NCBI GenBank assembly: GCA_965202675.1
Contig: OZ241842.1
Coordinates: 323,188-387,187, forward strand
From: Candidatus Spongiisociaceae bacterium
Lineage (GTDB): Bacteria; Actinomycetota; Acidimicrobiia; Spongiisociales; Spongiisociaceae
DNA: 64,000 nucleotides
Direction: 5' to 3'
Below are positions 50,680-60,260 of the stretch, in pieces. Each line of letters begins with the position of its first letter. The stretch's first letter is position 1. The translations under genes and the position numbers were made by a program. A model generated the notes under the pieces. That model was not told the origin of the DNA, ran no database searches, and saw only the letters and a program-made list of their open reading frames with translations.

Positions 50680-51360
50680 TCAGACGCTGTCCAGCTCTTC
50701 GCGCGTCAGCCGGCGGAACCGGCGGTTGGTTCCCGCCGCCGGGGAGGCCCGTTCGAGCAGGGCGCCCTCCCAGCCGTCGATGTCGCGTTCCTCGACCACC
50801 CGGAAGGCTTCGGCCGCCTGCCTGAGGGCGTCCCCGAGGGCGGGGGTTTCTTCGTAGGACTCGCCTAGCTTGTCCGCCAGCTCGTCCGACGGGCCGCCGA
50901 TGGCGGTGTAGCCGGTCTTGTCGTAGAGGGTGCCGTCGTAGGTGACCTTGAACAGGCGGTCGTCGGCGGTGGTGCGGCCCACCTCGGCGATCAGGACCTC
51001 CACCTCGAACGGTTTGGGGCCCTGGACGAAGATGGTGCCCAGGGTCTGGGAGAAAGCCGAGGCCAGGCTCTTGGCGGTGACGTCCTCCCGCCCGTACTGG
51101 TAGCCCTTCACGTCGGCGTAGCGGATGCCGGCCACCCGCAGCGACTCGAACTCGTTGTACTTGCCGACCCCGGCGAAGGCGATGCGGTCGTAGATCTCGG
51201 AGATCTTGGTGAGGGTGCGGCTGGGGTTCTCGGCCAGGATCACCACCCCCTCCCGAACCGCCAGCGCCGCGATCGAACGGCCCCGGGCGATGCCCTTGCG
51301 GGCGTATTCGGCCCGGTCCTTGACCAGCTGCTCGGGCGGAACGTAGAAGGGAAGGGTCAC
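50680..51360 (-). CDS. prcA: proteasome subunit alpha
   Basis: GTG start overlapping prcB stop; PrcA-like sequence throughout. Confidence 0.85.
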   Translation of the reverse strand: MTLPFYVPPEQLVKDRAEYARKGIARGRSIAALAVREGVVILAENPSRTLTKISEIYDRIAFAGVGKYNEFESLRVAGIRYADVKGYQYGREDVTAKSLASAFSQTLGTIFVQGPKPFEVEVLIAEVGRTTADDRLFKVTYDGTLYDKTGYTAIGGPSDELADKLGESYEETPALGDALRQAAEAFRVVEERDIDGWEGALLERASPAAGTNRRFRRLTREELDSV

Positions 51361-52148
51361 GAAACCACCCGGACGGCCCGCTCGGCGGCGGCCGCCACCT
51401 CCTCTTCGGGCGCTTCCTCGAGGCCCGCCTCGGTTACGGTAACCACGTTCGGGTAGATGCCGCGCCGGAAGTCGGGTCCGCCGGTGGCCAGGTCCTGCCC
51501 GGACGCCGCCACCAGAGCCTGCATGGCGTGGTCGACGGCCCGGCCCCGGTCGGAGCCGGGGCGGTAGACGGTGCGCAGGTAGGCCCGCGCCTCGCGGCTG
51601 CCCGACCCCGCCGCCCCGAAGTCCTGCTCCTCGTACCGGCCCCCCACCGCATCGAAGGTAAACACATGCCCGGTCCCGGCCGGCGGCTCGTACCCGCAGA
51701 AGATCGGTACAACCAGGAACCCCCGAAGGGCCAACGGCAGATGCATGCGCACCATCCGGGCCAGGTAGGTGGCCTTCCCGTCCAGGCTGAGGCGCACCCC
51801 CTCCAGCTTCTCGTAGTGCTCCAGCTCGGTCTGGAACAGCCTGACCAGCTCGATCGCCAGACCCGCCGTGCCGGAGATGGCCACCGCCGAGTAGGCGTCG
51901 GCGGCGAACACCTTCTGGATGCGCCGGTGCGACACGTCGTATCCGGCCGTGGCCTGGCGGTCGCCCGCCATCATCACCCCCCCGTCGTAGCGCAGGGCCA
52001 GCACGGTGGTGGCTTCCGGAGCGGCGACGTTCGAGGGTCCGGCCTCCGCCGGAAGGTCCCACCGGGGGGCGAGGTCGAGGGAGCGGGCCAGCTCGGTGAA
52101 GCCGGCCCCGGGATAGGGCTCGCCGTACGAGAGCAGGGCGCCGTTCAC
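51357..52148 (-). CDS. prcB: proteasome subunit beta
   Basis: Propeptide then TTVLALRYDGGVMMAGD (catalytic Thr), GSGS; GTG start overlapping pup stop. Confidence 0.85.
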   Translation of the reverse strand: MNGALLSYGEPYPGAGFTELARSLDLAPRWDLPAEAGPSNVAAPEATTVLALRYDGGVMMAGDRQATAGYDVSHRRIQKVFAADAYSAVAISGTAGLAIELVRLFQTELEHYEKLEGVRLSLDGKATYLARMVRMHLPLALRGFLVVPIFCGYEPPAGTGHVFTFDAVGGRYEEQDFGAAGSGSREARAYLRTVYRPGSDRGRAVDHAMQALVAASGQDLATGGPDFRRGIYPNVVTVTEAGLEEAPEEEVAAAAERAVRVVS

Positions 52149-52330
52149 TCCCCGCCTTTCTGCACGTAGTTCTTCACGAACTCCTCGGCGTTCTCCTCGA
52201 GCACCGAATCTATCTCTTCCAGCAGGTCGTCGATCTTGGCGATCGAACCGGCGGCGCCCGACGGCGGCGGCCCGGCGCCCGATGTTTCCTCGCGCTCGGT
52301 GCGCCTTCTGGGCAGACGCTCTTGGGCCAT
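52145..52330 (-). CDS. pup: prokaryotic ubiquitin-like protein Pup (C-terminal GGE)
   Basis: 61 aa, ...IDDLLEEIDSVLEENAEEFVKNYVQKGGE. Confidence 0.85.
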   Translation of the reverse strand: MAQERLPRRRTEREETSGAGPPPSGAAGSIAKIDDLLEEIDSVLEENAEEFVKNYVQKGGE

Positions 52331-52905
52331 ATCTCCTCCTAACGGGAACCCGGGCGCACCCCCGGCAGGGGCGGCCCGGCGGGTCCGTAAATCGTCGGCG
52401 CCGCCATGATAATCGGGGCCGCCCGGTTTTCAGGAGACATCGGCGGCGGATGCTCGCGCCGCCGCCGGTGATTTCGGCGCCGGCCGGGCCGGGAACCCGG
52501 AATCGAGGACCCCGCCGGGGTTGCCGCCGATCGGGGCGCGGCGCGCGCGGACAGGAAAGCCGGAAGGCGTTCGGCGCAAGCAGCTGTTGGACGCTCTGCC
52601 CGATGAGCACGGTCGGCCGGGCGCCGCCCCCGCCGACGAAACGGCGAAGGCAACCCCATCCGCGCATCCTCTTGCAAGCGCAGCACCCTTCAGCAGAGCT
52701 CGGGGGCCTTTCTGCGAACCCCCTGGTCAAAACCCCTCTCCCGCCCCCACCGATCTGCTGGACAATGAACCCGCCTCCGGGCCTTTTCTGCGAACCCGCC
52801 TGTCAAACCCCTCTCGCACCGGCTTCCGCCCAGGTCAACCCCCAGGCAACAGATGCTTTCTGCGAACCCCTGGTCAAGCCCCTGCCCCGACCCCGGACCC
52901 CGGCC

Positions 52906-53140
52906 AGAACGCGAAAAACCCCGCCCCGCGCCCCGCTTCGCGGGCCCGGCCCCCACCGCCTCCACCAGATGTCCGGACGCGTTCGGTCAGTACCCGGCAG
53001 GTCGCGTTCGGAAGATGATCCCTGTCACGGTCTGCGGCGCCTGCCGACCGGAGGTGCTTGCGGCTCTTCCATTGATACAGCATCGGTGCGACATCGTCAA
53101 TACCCTTGTCAGGGATCCGACGGGATTTTTTTGTCATTCC
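52906..53140 (-). repeat. promoter-bearing repeat element, variant family, copy 6, inside a ~780-bp dop-pup intergenic insertion
   Basis: ~90% identical to 13355-13591; left flank 52690-52905 carries three CTTTCTGCGAACCC motifs as in 12975-13300. Confidence 0.7.
53066..53101 (-). promoter_or_regulatory. sigma70-like promoter TTGACG-N17-TATCAA reading toward pup-prcB-prcA
   Basis: -35 rc at 53096-53101, -10 rc at 53073-53078. Confidence 0.45.
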
Positions 53141-54635
53141 GTGATTTGTCCGGACCGCCGGCGGCCTCACCCAGGGCTTCGAGCAGGTCGACGGCTTCCC
53201 CGGCGGCGTCGAGCAGCCCTCCCACCAGCTCCGCGCTGCCCCGCAGGGGTTCCTTCATGGGCACCCGCTTGAGGGTCTCCCCCCCGATGTCGAACACCAG
53301 GGAGTCCCAGTTGGCGGCGACCAACGATTCGGGGAACTGCCCCACGCACCGCCCCCGGAAGTAGGCCCTGGTGCCGGCGGGCGGGTGCAGGGCGGCGCGG
53401 TCCAGCGCCTCGTCGGTGAACAGGCGGCGGAGCAGCCCGCCCTCCTGCAGGCGGTAGGAGAGGCCCCGGGCGGGGTCGGTGTCGTGGTACTGGAGGGCGG
53501 CCAGGGCCAGCTTGGGGTGGCTCCATTCCAGGTCGTCGCGCCGGCGGAACCCGTTCAGCATGCGGAGCTTGGCCGACCAGTCGAGCCGGTCGGAGGTGCG
53601 CATGAAGTCGATCTCCAGGTCGTGGAGCACCGCCCCCCACTCGCGGATCACGTCGGCCCAGATCTCCCCGGGAAGGTGCTCGTCGGCGTACTTCGACAGC
53701 CGCTCGTGATACCGGAGCTGCAGCTCGAGGGCGGTGGCCGTCCCCCCGTCGGCCAGCCGCAAGGGCTCGGCCAGGGTGAGGTCGTGGCTGGTGCGCCAGG
53801 TCGCCTCCACCGGGTCGGCCAGGGTCAGGGGGTCGTGGACGGCGCCGTCCTCGACGGCCGCCAGCAGCAGGGCGGTTGCGCCCAGCTTGATGAAGGTCTG
53901 CACCTCCGACATGTTGGCGTCGCCGATGATTACGTGGAACCGCCGGTACTTGGAGGGCTCCCCATGGGGCTCGTCGCGGGTGTTGACGATGGGCCGCCGC
54001 AGGGTGGTCTCGAGACCCACCGCCTCCTCGAAGAAGTCGGCCCGCTGGGTGATCTGGTACCCGACGCCCGGACGTCCGTTCTCGGCGCCGAGCTTGCCCG
54101 AACCGGTGAATATCTGGCGGGTTACCAGCCAGGTGGTGGCGTAGCGGATGAGGTCGGCGAAGGGCGCGGCCCGCGAAACCAGATAGTTCTCGTGGTAACC
54201 GTAGGAGTTGCCCTTCCCGTCGCTGTTGTTCTTGTGTATGTACAGCTCCTCCTCCGGACGGAAGCCGCGGTACGCGGCGGCCGCGTCCGCCAGCACCCGC
54301 TCCCCCGCCTTGTCGTACAGTGCGGCCTGCAGGGGGTCGGAGCACTCCGGGCTGGAGTATTCGGGGTGGGCGTGGTCTACGTAGAAGCGGGCGCCGTTGG
54401 ACAGGACCACGTTGACCATGTTGTTGTTCGCCTCGGCGGGTCCGTACAGCTCGTACTCCAGGCCGCGGGCGTCCCGGTCGGGGGTTTCCTCGTCGTATGA
54501 CCACTGGACCCGCACCCGGTCGCCCCGGTAGGAGTTCACCACCCAGGAGGAGGCCAGGGTGGGGTGGAGGTCGGGGTTGTTGCGGACCGTGATCCCGTAT
54601 TCCGTCTCGGTCCCTATGACCGTGGGGACCGCCAT
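53109..54635 (-). CDS. dop: Pup deamidase/depupylase Dop
   Basis: MAVPTVIGTETEYG N-terminus, PafA/Dop fold; 3' end runs into repeat element. Confidence 0.85.
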   Translation of the reverse strand: MAVPTVIGTETEYGITVRNNPDLHPTLASSWVVNSYRGDRVRVQWSYDEETPDRDARGLEYELYGPAEANNNMVNVVLSNGARFYVDHAHPEYSSPECSDPLQAALYDKAGERVLADAAAAYRGFRPEEELYIHKNNSDGKGNSYGYHENYLVSRAAPFADLIRYATTWLVTRQIFTGSGKLGAENGRPGVGYQITQRADFFEEAVGLETTLRRPIVNTRDEPHGEPSKYRRFHVIIGDANMSEVQTFIKLGATALLLAAVEDGAVHDPLTLADPVEATWRTSHDLTLAEPLRLADGGTATALELQLRYHERLSKYADEHLPGEIWADVIREWGAVLHDLEIDFMRTSDRLDWSAKLRMLNGFRRRDDLEWSHPKLALAALQYHDTDPARGLSYRLQEGGLLRRLFTDEALDRAALHPPAGTRAYFRGRCVGQFPESLVAANWDSLVFDIGGETLKRVPMKEPLRGSAELVGGLLDAAGEAVDLLEALGEAAGGPDKSRNDKKIPSDP

Positions 54636-54637
54636 GC

Positions 54638-56413
54638 CTACAGGTACTGGCCGGTTCCGACCGCCTCTATGGTCCTCGACTCGTCCTCGCCCTCGATCAG
54701 GGTGCGCACGTAGACGATCCGCTCCCCCTTCTTGCCCGAGATCTTCGCCCAGTCGTCGGGGTTGGTGGTGTTGGGGAGGTCCTCGTGTTCCCGGAACTCC
54801 TGCTTGATGGCCGACAGCAGGTCGTTCAAGGTGATGCCGCCGGAGGCGCCGCCGATCCGGCGCTTGATGGCGTCTTTCTTGGCCCGGCGCACGATGTTTT
54901 CGATCATGGCCCCCGAAGAGAAATCCCGGAAGTAGAGCACTTCCCGGTCCCCGTTCTGGTAGGTGACCTCGAGGAAACGGTTGCCGTCGCTGTCCTCGTA
55001 CATGGCCTCGACCACCCGGTCGACCATCTGCTTCACCAGGGCCCGGCCGTCTCCCCCGGCTTTTTCCAGGGCTTGCTCGTCGTAGGGCAGGTCCGGGCTC
55101 AGGTAGATGCGGAAGATCTGCTTGGCGGCCTCGGCGTCCGGGCGGGCGATCTTGATCTTCACATCCAGGCGCCCCGGACGGAGGATGGCCGGATCGATCA
55201 GGTCCTCGCGGTTGGAGGCGCCGATCACTATGACGTTCTTGAGCTGCTCCACCCCGTCCAGCTCGGAGAGCAGCTGCGGGACGATGGTCGACTCCACGTC
55301 GGAGGAGATGCCGGAGCCCCTGGTGCGGAACAGGGAGTCCATCTCGTCGAAGAAGACGATGACCGGAACCCCCTCGTCGGCTTTTTCCTTGGCCCGCTGG
55401 AAGATCAGCCTTATCTGGCGTTCGGTCTCCCCCACGTACTTGTTGAGCAGCTCCGGGCCCTTGATGTTGAGGAAGTAGGAGCGGGCGTCCTCGTTGCGGG
55501 CACGCTCGGCCACCGCTTCGGCCAGGCTGTTGGCCACCGCCTTGGCGATGAGGGTCTTGCCGCACCCCGGCGGCCCGTAGAGCAGCACCCCCTTGGGGGA
55601 GACCAGCCCGTATTCCTCGAAGAGCTCGCGGTGGATGAAGGGCAGCTCCACCGCATCCCGGATCGCCTCTATCTGGTCCCGCAGGCCCCCCACCTCCCCG
55701 TAGGTGATGTCGGGCACCTCTTCGAGCACCAGCTCCTCGACCTCGGGGCGGAACAGCTTCTCGTAGGCCAGGCCGGTGCGGTTCTCCAGGAGCACGTGGT
55801 CTCCCGCCCGCAGATGGGTTTCCGACAGGGGGCCGGCCCGCTCCACCACCCGTTCCTCGTCGGTGTGGGCCAACACCAGCAGCCGGTTGTCCTCCATCAC
55901 CTCCTTGATGGAGACCACCTGGCCCTGGCGGGTGAAATCCCGCACCTCCACGATGGACATGGAATCGTTCACCAGCACCTGCTGGCCCGGCTGCAGCTGC
56001 TTGATCTCGATGGAGGGCGAGGCGTTGACCCGCATCCGGCGGTCCCCGCTCATTACGTCGACGGTGCTGTCGCTGTTGACCCCCAGCACGGTGGCGAAGG
56101 GGTTGGGGGCGGCGGTGAGCTTCTCGACCTCTTCGCGCATCATGGCCACCTGCTCGCGGATGTCCTCGATCACCTCGGTGAGTTTCCGGTTCTTGAGGCG
56201 GGCCTTCTCCAGCTGGGCCCTGGTTTCGGCCAACCGGGATTCCACCATCCTGACCGGGCGGGGTCCGGTCTGGAGCTGGCGGCGGAGCATCGCTATCTCC
56301 TCCCGCATGGCGTCCATCTGGCGCTGGTTGTCGTACGGCTGCCGCCGGCCGGACGCGGGTTCCATCCAGCGTTGGTAGTCGTACGGTTCCCGCTTGTCAG
56401 GCAACGGCGGCAC
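54638..56413 (-). CDS. arc: proteasome-associated AAA ATPase ARC/Mpa
   Basis: Coiled-coil, OB inter-domain, Walker [10 protein letters not shown]-terminal GQYL; N-terminal start uncertain. Confidence 0.9.
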   Translation of the reverse strand: MPPLPDKREPYDYQRWMEPASGRRQPYDNQRQMDAMREEIAMLRRQLQTGPRPVRMVESRLAETRAQLEKARLKNRKLTEVIEDIREQVAMMREEVEKLTAAPNPFATVLGVNSDSTVDVMSGDRRMRVNASPSIEIKQLQPGQQVLVNDSMSIVEVRDFTRQGQVVSIKEVMEDNRLLVLAHTDEERVVERAGPLSETHLRAGDHVLLENRTGLAYEKLFRPEVEELVLEEVPDITYGEVGGLRDQIEAIRDAVELPFIHRELFEEYGLVSPKGVLLYGPPGCGKTLIAKAVANSLAEAVAERARNEDARSYFLNIKGPELLNKYVGETERQIRLIFQRAKEKADEGVPVIVFFDEMDSLFRTRGSGISSDVESTIVPQLLSELDGVEQLKNVIVIGASNREDLIDPAILRPGRLDVKIKIARPDAEAAKQIFRIYLSPDLPYDEQALEKAGGDGRALVKQMVDRVVEAMYEDSDGNRFLEVTYQNGDREVLYFRDFSSGAMIENIVRRAKKDAIKRRIGGASGGITLNDLLSAIKQEFREHEDLPNTTNPDDWAKISGKKGERIVYVRTLIEGEDESRTIEAVGTGQYL

Positions 56414-56554
56414 CTCGGCTCTCCCGGCTTGTCGGGCGCCGGGCTTGCTGTTTTCTCGGGCTAACGCAGTATAGGAGGGTAGCGGTGGGAGAACAGGGGG
56501 TTTCCCGGCGGGGGCCCGCCCCGTTTTCCGAAGGCGGTCCGGGCGGGCCGGGGA

Positions 56555-57406
56555 TCAGGCCGGCCGGACGCAGCGCGCCGAGGTCACGAAGCCGGTATGC
56601 CCCACCATCCCGTGGTCGGGGCGCACCGAACGCCCGGTTACATTCCAGGTGCGGAGCAGCACCTCGAACGTCTCCACGTCGGCGAACCGGCCGCTGCCCC
56701 GGAGCGCCCTATGCAGCTGCTCGAGCTGGGGCACGGTGGGCAGGTAGCAGCACAGGACGCCGCCCGTGCGCAGGCCCCGCAGGGCGGGAATGACCACCTC
56801 CCACGGCTCGGGGATGTCCAGCACCAAGCGGTCGTGCTCGATCTCCGCCGCCGTTTCGGCCACGTCGCCCACCCGGAGATCCAACCACTCCGGCACCTCC
56901 CCGAAGCGGCGGACGACGGCGGCCCGGGCGTGGGCGGCGTGATCCTCCCTGATCTCGCAGGAGGCCACCCGCCCGGCCGGCCCCACCGCCCTGGCGAGGG
57001 TCATGGCCAGGGCGCCGGATCCGGTGCCGCCCTCGACCACGGTCAGGCCGGGGTGGATGTCGGCGTACATGAGAACGGCGCCCAGGTCCTTGGGGTAGAC
57101 GATCTGGGGGCCGCGCCGCATCTTGAGGAGGTAGTCCCCCAGCCGGGGGCGGAGGGCGGTCAGGGGCGCCCCTTTGGAGGACCGCAGGCGGGCGCCGTCC
57201 GGGGCGCCGATCAGCTCGGCGTGGGCCAGGGCGCCCAGGTGGTACTGGAACACCCCGTCCGCCCGCAGGTGGAGCAGGTACTTGCGTCCCTTGCCGTCGA
57301 TCAGGAGGACCGGTTCGCCCTCGGCCAGGGGGCGCCCCCGGGGCAACGGCGCATCGGACGACTCGGGCGGGCCGGGCGCGTCGGGCGGGCCGGGGGCGGC
57401 GGCCAC
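56555..57406 (-). CDS. trmI: tRNA (adenine58-N1)-methyltransferase TrmI-like
   Basis: SAM motif VVEGGTGSGALAMTLA; Rv2118c-like position beside arc. Confidence 0.8.
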   Translation of the reverse strand: MAAAPGPPDAPGPPESSDAPLPRGRPLAEGEPVLLIDGKGRKYLLHLRADGVFQYHLGALAHAELIGAPDGARLRSSKGAPLTALRPRLGDYLLKMRRGPQIVYPKDLGAVLMYADIHPGLTVVEGGTGSGALAMTLARAVGPAGRVASCEIREDHAAHARAAVVRRFGEVPEWLDLRVGDVAETAAEIEHDRLVLDIPEPWEVVIPALRGLRTGGVLCCYLPTVPQLEQLHRALRGSGRFADVETFEVLLRTWNVTGRSVRPDHGMVGHTGFVTSARCVRPA

Positions 57407-57678
57407 GATTCAGTCGAAGCCTATGGAGATGACGCCGGCCAGCAGGGTGAGGATCATGCCGGCCACGGTTACCCACACCACTGTCTGCACCCATCTCGGA
57501 GTCCGCCTCATGGGTATGCACTCTATAGCCTCCCGCCGCCGATCCCCCCGGCGGACGCCCGGGCGACGAACAACCCCCTTGCGACGCACCCATCCGGATG
57601 CGCAGTCTTGCGCTCAGTGCAGGAACCCGGCTGCGGCAAAGAACGGCAAAGAATTTTTCGCATTCCAGGATGAGGGTA

Positions 57679-57714
57679 TTGAACTTGTCATAGGTTTGCG
57701 GTACTATGTGTGCG
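57679..57714 (+). promoter_or_regulatory. sigma70-like promoter TTGAAC-N17-TACTAT
   Basis: -35 57679-57684, -10 57702-57707, predicted TSS ~57714 followed by hairpin GTGTG-CGCTGA-CACAC. Confidence 0.5.
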
Positions 57715-57887
57715 CTGACACACAAACACCGCCGCCGGAGTTCCGGAGCGCGCGGCGGTCATGATCGGAACCTTGTCTGTCCGGGCGCCGGCGCCCGGTG
57801 CAGGGCGGCTCGCCCGAGCGGCGGATCCGATGCCGGTGGAGGAGGCGGGGGAGGGTCCCGGCGCAGCCGGGGGCGGTGCGCCCGGAT

Positions 57888-57955
57888 TTCGCGTTCTCGA
57901 ATGGCGGGCGTTCTCGAATGGCGGGCGTTCTCGAATGTTGGGCGTTCTCGAATGC
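57888..57955 (+). repeat. 4 x 17-bp tandem iterons CGGGCGTTCTCGAATGG
   Basis: Direct count in sequence; derived from element terminal motif TTTCGCGTTCTCGAATGG. Confidence 0.85.
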
Positions 57956-58215
57956 CGGGGTCGGGTGAAGAAAAGGGCGCGTCCCGGATGAGGCGGTTCC
58001 GAGTGCGCACGGCTGCTGCGGAACGAGAACTCCCTGGGTTCGCGGACGACTTCGGGAGATGGACGGCTCCGGGATGCGTATGATTGCCGCGGCGGCGGGC
58101 ATTCCGCCCCGGTGTTGTTGATGATTCTGCCGCGCGGCGCGGCGCACGGCAACCAGAAGCGTTGCGCGCCTGTACCGGCAGTGCATACACCGGTCTACCG
58201 GTAGAAATGAGGAAC

Positions 58216-58431
58216 ATGTCGGGACGCAGACGCATCGGCTATGTCCTGCTGCGCCGCGGGCTGCGGAAGGGCAATGTCCTGCTCCAGGCGGCGGGGGCGT
58301 TCCTGATCCTGCTCCATTGGGCCAGGCGCCGCCGGGCGGCCGTTTTCGACCTGGAAGCGGGGCAGAAGGCGGGGCTGGCGGTCAACCGGCCCGGAGACGG
58401 CCCGATTGCCTTCCGCATAGAATCGGCCTGA
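58216..58431 (+). CDS. small hypothetical membrane protein (72 aa) downstream of repeat element
   Basis: GAGGA RBS before ATG; one TM helix; weak. Confidence 0.3.
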   Translation: MSGRRRIGYVLLRRGLRKGNVLLQAAGAFLILLHWARRRRAAVFDLEAGQKAGLAVNRPGDGPIAFRIESA

Positions 58432-58481
58432 CCGCAGACGGCGCCCGCGTTGTCGGGCCCGGGAACCTGCGGGCAGGCGGG

Positions 58482-58676
58482 TCAGAGGCGGTGTATCTCG
58501 ATCCTCGCCCCCCGGCGGCGCCTCCCCCGCCTGCGCCCCGCCAGGAAGACGGCGGCGAGGGCGGCGGCGGCCCCCAGGGTATTCTTCACCGCGGAAGAGC
58601 GCACGGCCTCGCCCGCTTCGAAGACGGCTTCTTCCAGCTCCCTGGCTTTCGCCTCTATGTCGCCGCGTTCGATCAC
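58482..58676 (-). CDS. DUF3618-like small protein
   Basis: GTG overlapping upstream gene stop (GTGA); commonly paired with actinobacterial holin-X-like genes. Confidence 0.35.
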   Translation of the reverse strand: MIERGDIEAKARELEEAVFEAGEAVRSSAVKNTLGAAAALAAVFLAGRRRGRRRRGARIEIHRL

Positions 58677-58978
58677 GGCGAGGCCTTCGAGCGGGAAGCG
58701 GCTTTCACAACCAGGAAAGCGGCGGCCAGGGCGGCCAGCCCTCCGATCAGGTAGGCCAGGGCGCTCCACAGCTGGGTGTCCGGCAGCAGGTCCTGGAGGA
58801 GGCGCAGACCCGCCACCGCCAGGAACAGCCATCCCGCGGCCAGCAGCAGACCCCCCAGCAGGCTGACGCCGGCGAAGCGGGCGGTGCGGCGCAGGGGCGC
58901 TACGGCCTCCTGTTCGAGGTAGCTCTTCGACATCTCGAACAGCTCGGACGCCAGTTTGGGTATCTCGGTTGTTTTCAT
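58673..58978 (-). CDS. phage holin family (actinobacterial Holin-X-like) membrane protein
   Basis: MKTTEIPKLASELFEMSKSYLEQE then two TM helices; ~100 aa. Confidence 0.55.
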   Translation of the reverse strand: MKTTEIPKLASELFEMSKSYLEQEAVAPLRRTARFAGVSLLGGLLLAAGWLFLAVAGLRLLQDLLPDTQLWSALAYLIGGLAALAAAFLVVKAASRSKASP

Positions 58979-59201
58979 GCGGAAACCGGGTGGGCTCGGG
59001 GTTGCGCTTCCGATTCTACCAGCCGGGGCGGTTGCCTTCCGGGAGCCGGATTCGATGGTTCGACCGGTCCGGGGGCCGGTTTGGTTACCCTCCCGCCCCA
59101 TGCCCCCGCCGCCCCCCTCCGCCGGCCGCCACGGCCGGGCCTATGTGTTCTCCACCTCCCAGGGATCGCGGCGCGGGCCCTTCGGGTGGGTGGAATGGGC
59201 G

Positions 59202-60032
59202 ATGCTGTGCGGGGTGACCCTGTTCTGGGGGTCGGCCTACTCGCTCATCGACCTGGGGTTGGAGGGCTTCGCACCCCCCGCCATCACCTGGGTGAGGATC
59301 GTGCTCGGCTTCGTGATCCTGCTGTCCTTCAAGACCTCCCGCCGTCCGGTGGAGCGGGCCGACTGGGGCCGCATCGCCGTGCTGGGAATAACCTGGTTCA
59401 CCGTACCCTTTCTTCTGTTTCCCATCGCCCAGCAGCACATCGACTCGGCCCTGGCCGGGATGCTGACCTCCATGGTGCCCATCTACAGCACCGTCATCGC
59501 GTCGGTGATGCTGTCCGCGCTCCCCAGGGCCCGCCAGGCGGCGGGGATAGTCCTGGGGGCCGCAGGAGGTGCCGGCATCAGCATCCCCGCCCTCGGAGGT
59601 TCGGAATCCAGCGCCTGGGGGGTGATGCTGATCACCGCCGCCACCATCACCTACGGGCTGTCGATCGCCCTGGCCGTGCCGCTGCAGCAGCGCTACGGGG
59701 CTCCGGCGGCGATGATGCGGGCGATGGGGGTGGCCGCCGTCATCACCATGCCCACGGGGATCATCGGGCTGGCCGGCTCCGAATGGCAGGCCGCTTCGGC
59801 GGCGGCGGTGGCGGGCCTGGGCGTCTTCAGCACCGGAACGGCCTTCGTGCTCATGACCGCCCTGGTCGGAAGGGTGGGACCCACCCGGGGCGCCGCCCCC
59901 ATCTACATCCTCCCGGCGGTCGCCATGGTGATCGGCATGACCTTCCGGGGCGACGTGATAGCGCCCCTCCAATGGGCCGGCACCGCCCTGGTAACCCTGG
60001 GCGCCTGGCTGACCAGCCGCCGCGAGGCCTGA
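59202..60032 (+). CDS. EamA/DMT family transporter
   Basis: Ten predicted TM helices in two EamA repeats; alternative GTG start at 59190. Confidence 0.75.
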   Translation: MLCGVTLFWGSAYSLIDLGLEGFAPPAITWVRIVLGFVILLSFKTSRRPVERADWGRIAVLGITWFTVPFLLFPIAQQHIDSALAGMLTSMVPIYSTVIASVMLSALPRARQAAGIVLGAAGGAGISIPALGGSESSAWGVMLITAATITYGLSIALAVPLQQRYGAPAAMMRAMGVAAVITMPTGIIGLAGSEWQAASAAAVAGLGVFSTGTAFVLMTALVGRVGPTRGAAPIYILPAVAMVIGMTFRGDVIAPLQWAGTALVTLGAWLTSRREA

Positions 60033-60260
60033 CCCCGGGCCGGTCCGCTCCGACCGGGCTGCATCCCGGCGCCCCCCAACCGGTGTGTTCCTGCGGACAA
60101 GGGTCTAGACCTTAGCGATATTTTATGATATACAGTAGATTATGATACTCAACACTCTACTCAAGCACTCGGTAAGTTCGGGAGCGCCCTGGTCCGGGGC
60201 GCGGGCCGACGGGCGGCGTTGCGGACCGATGAACAAGCCGGCCGGCGGGGGGAGGCGGGC

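Larger units (their letters stand above)
57601..58215 (+). repeat. promoter-bearing repeat element, long form, copy 3 (plus orientation)
   Basis: Aligns over ~580 bp with 62441-63030; core shared with copies 1 and 2. Confidence 0.8.

Noticed and set aside
48499-50868. 789-aa plus ORF antisense to pafB/pafA, and similar long antisense ORFs across 53167-56464
   Set aside because: Opposite strand of well-supported Pup-proteasome genes; low-complexity translations.
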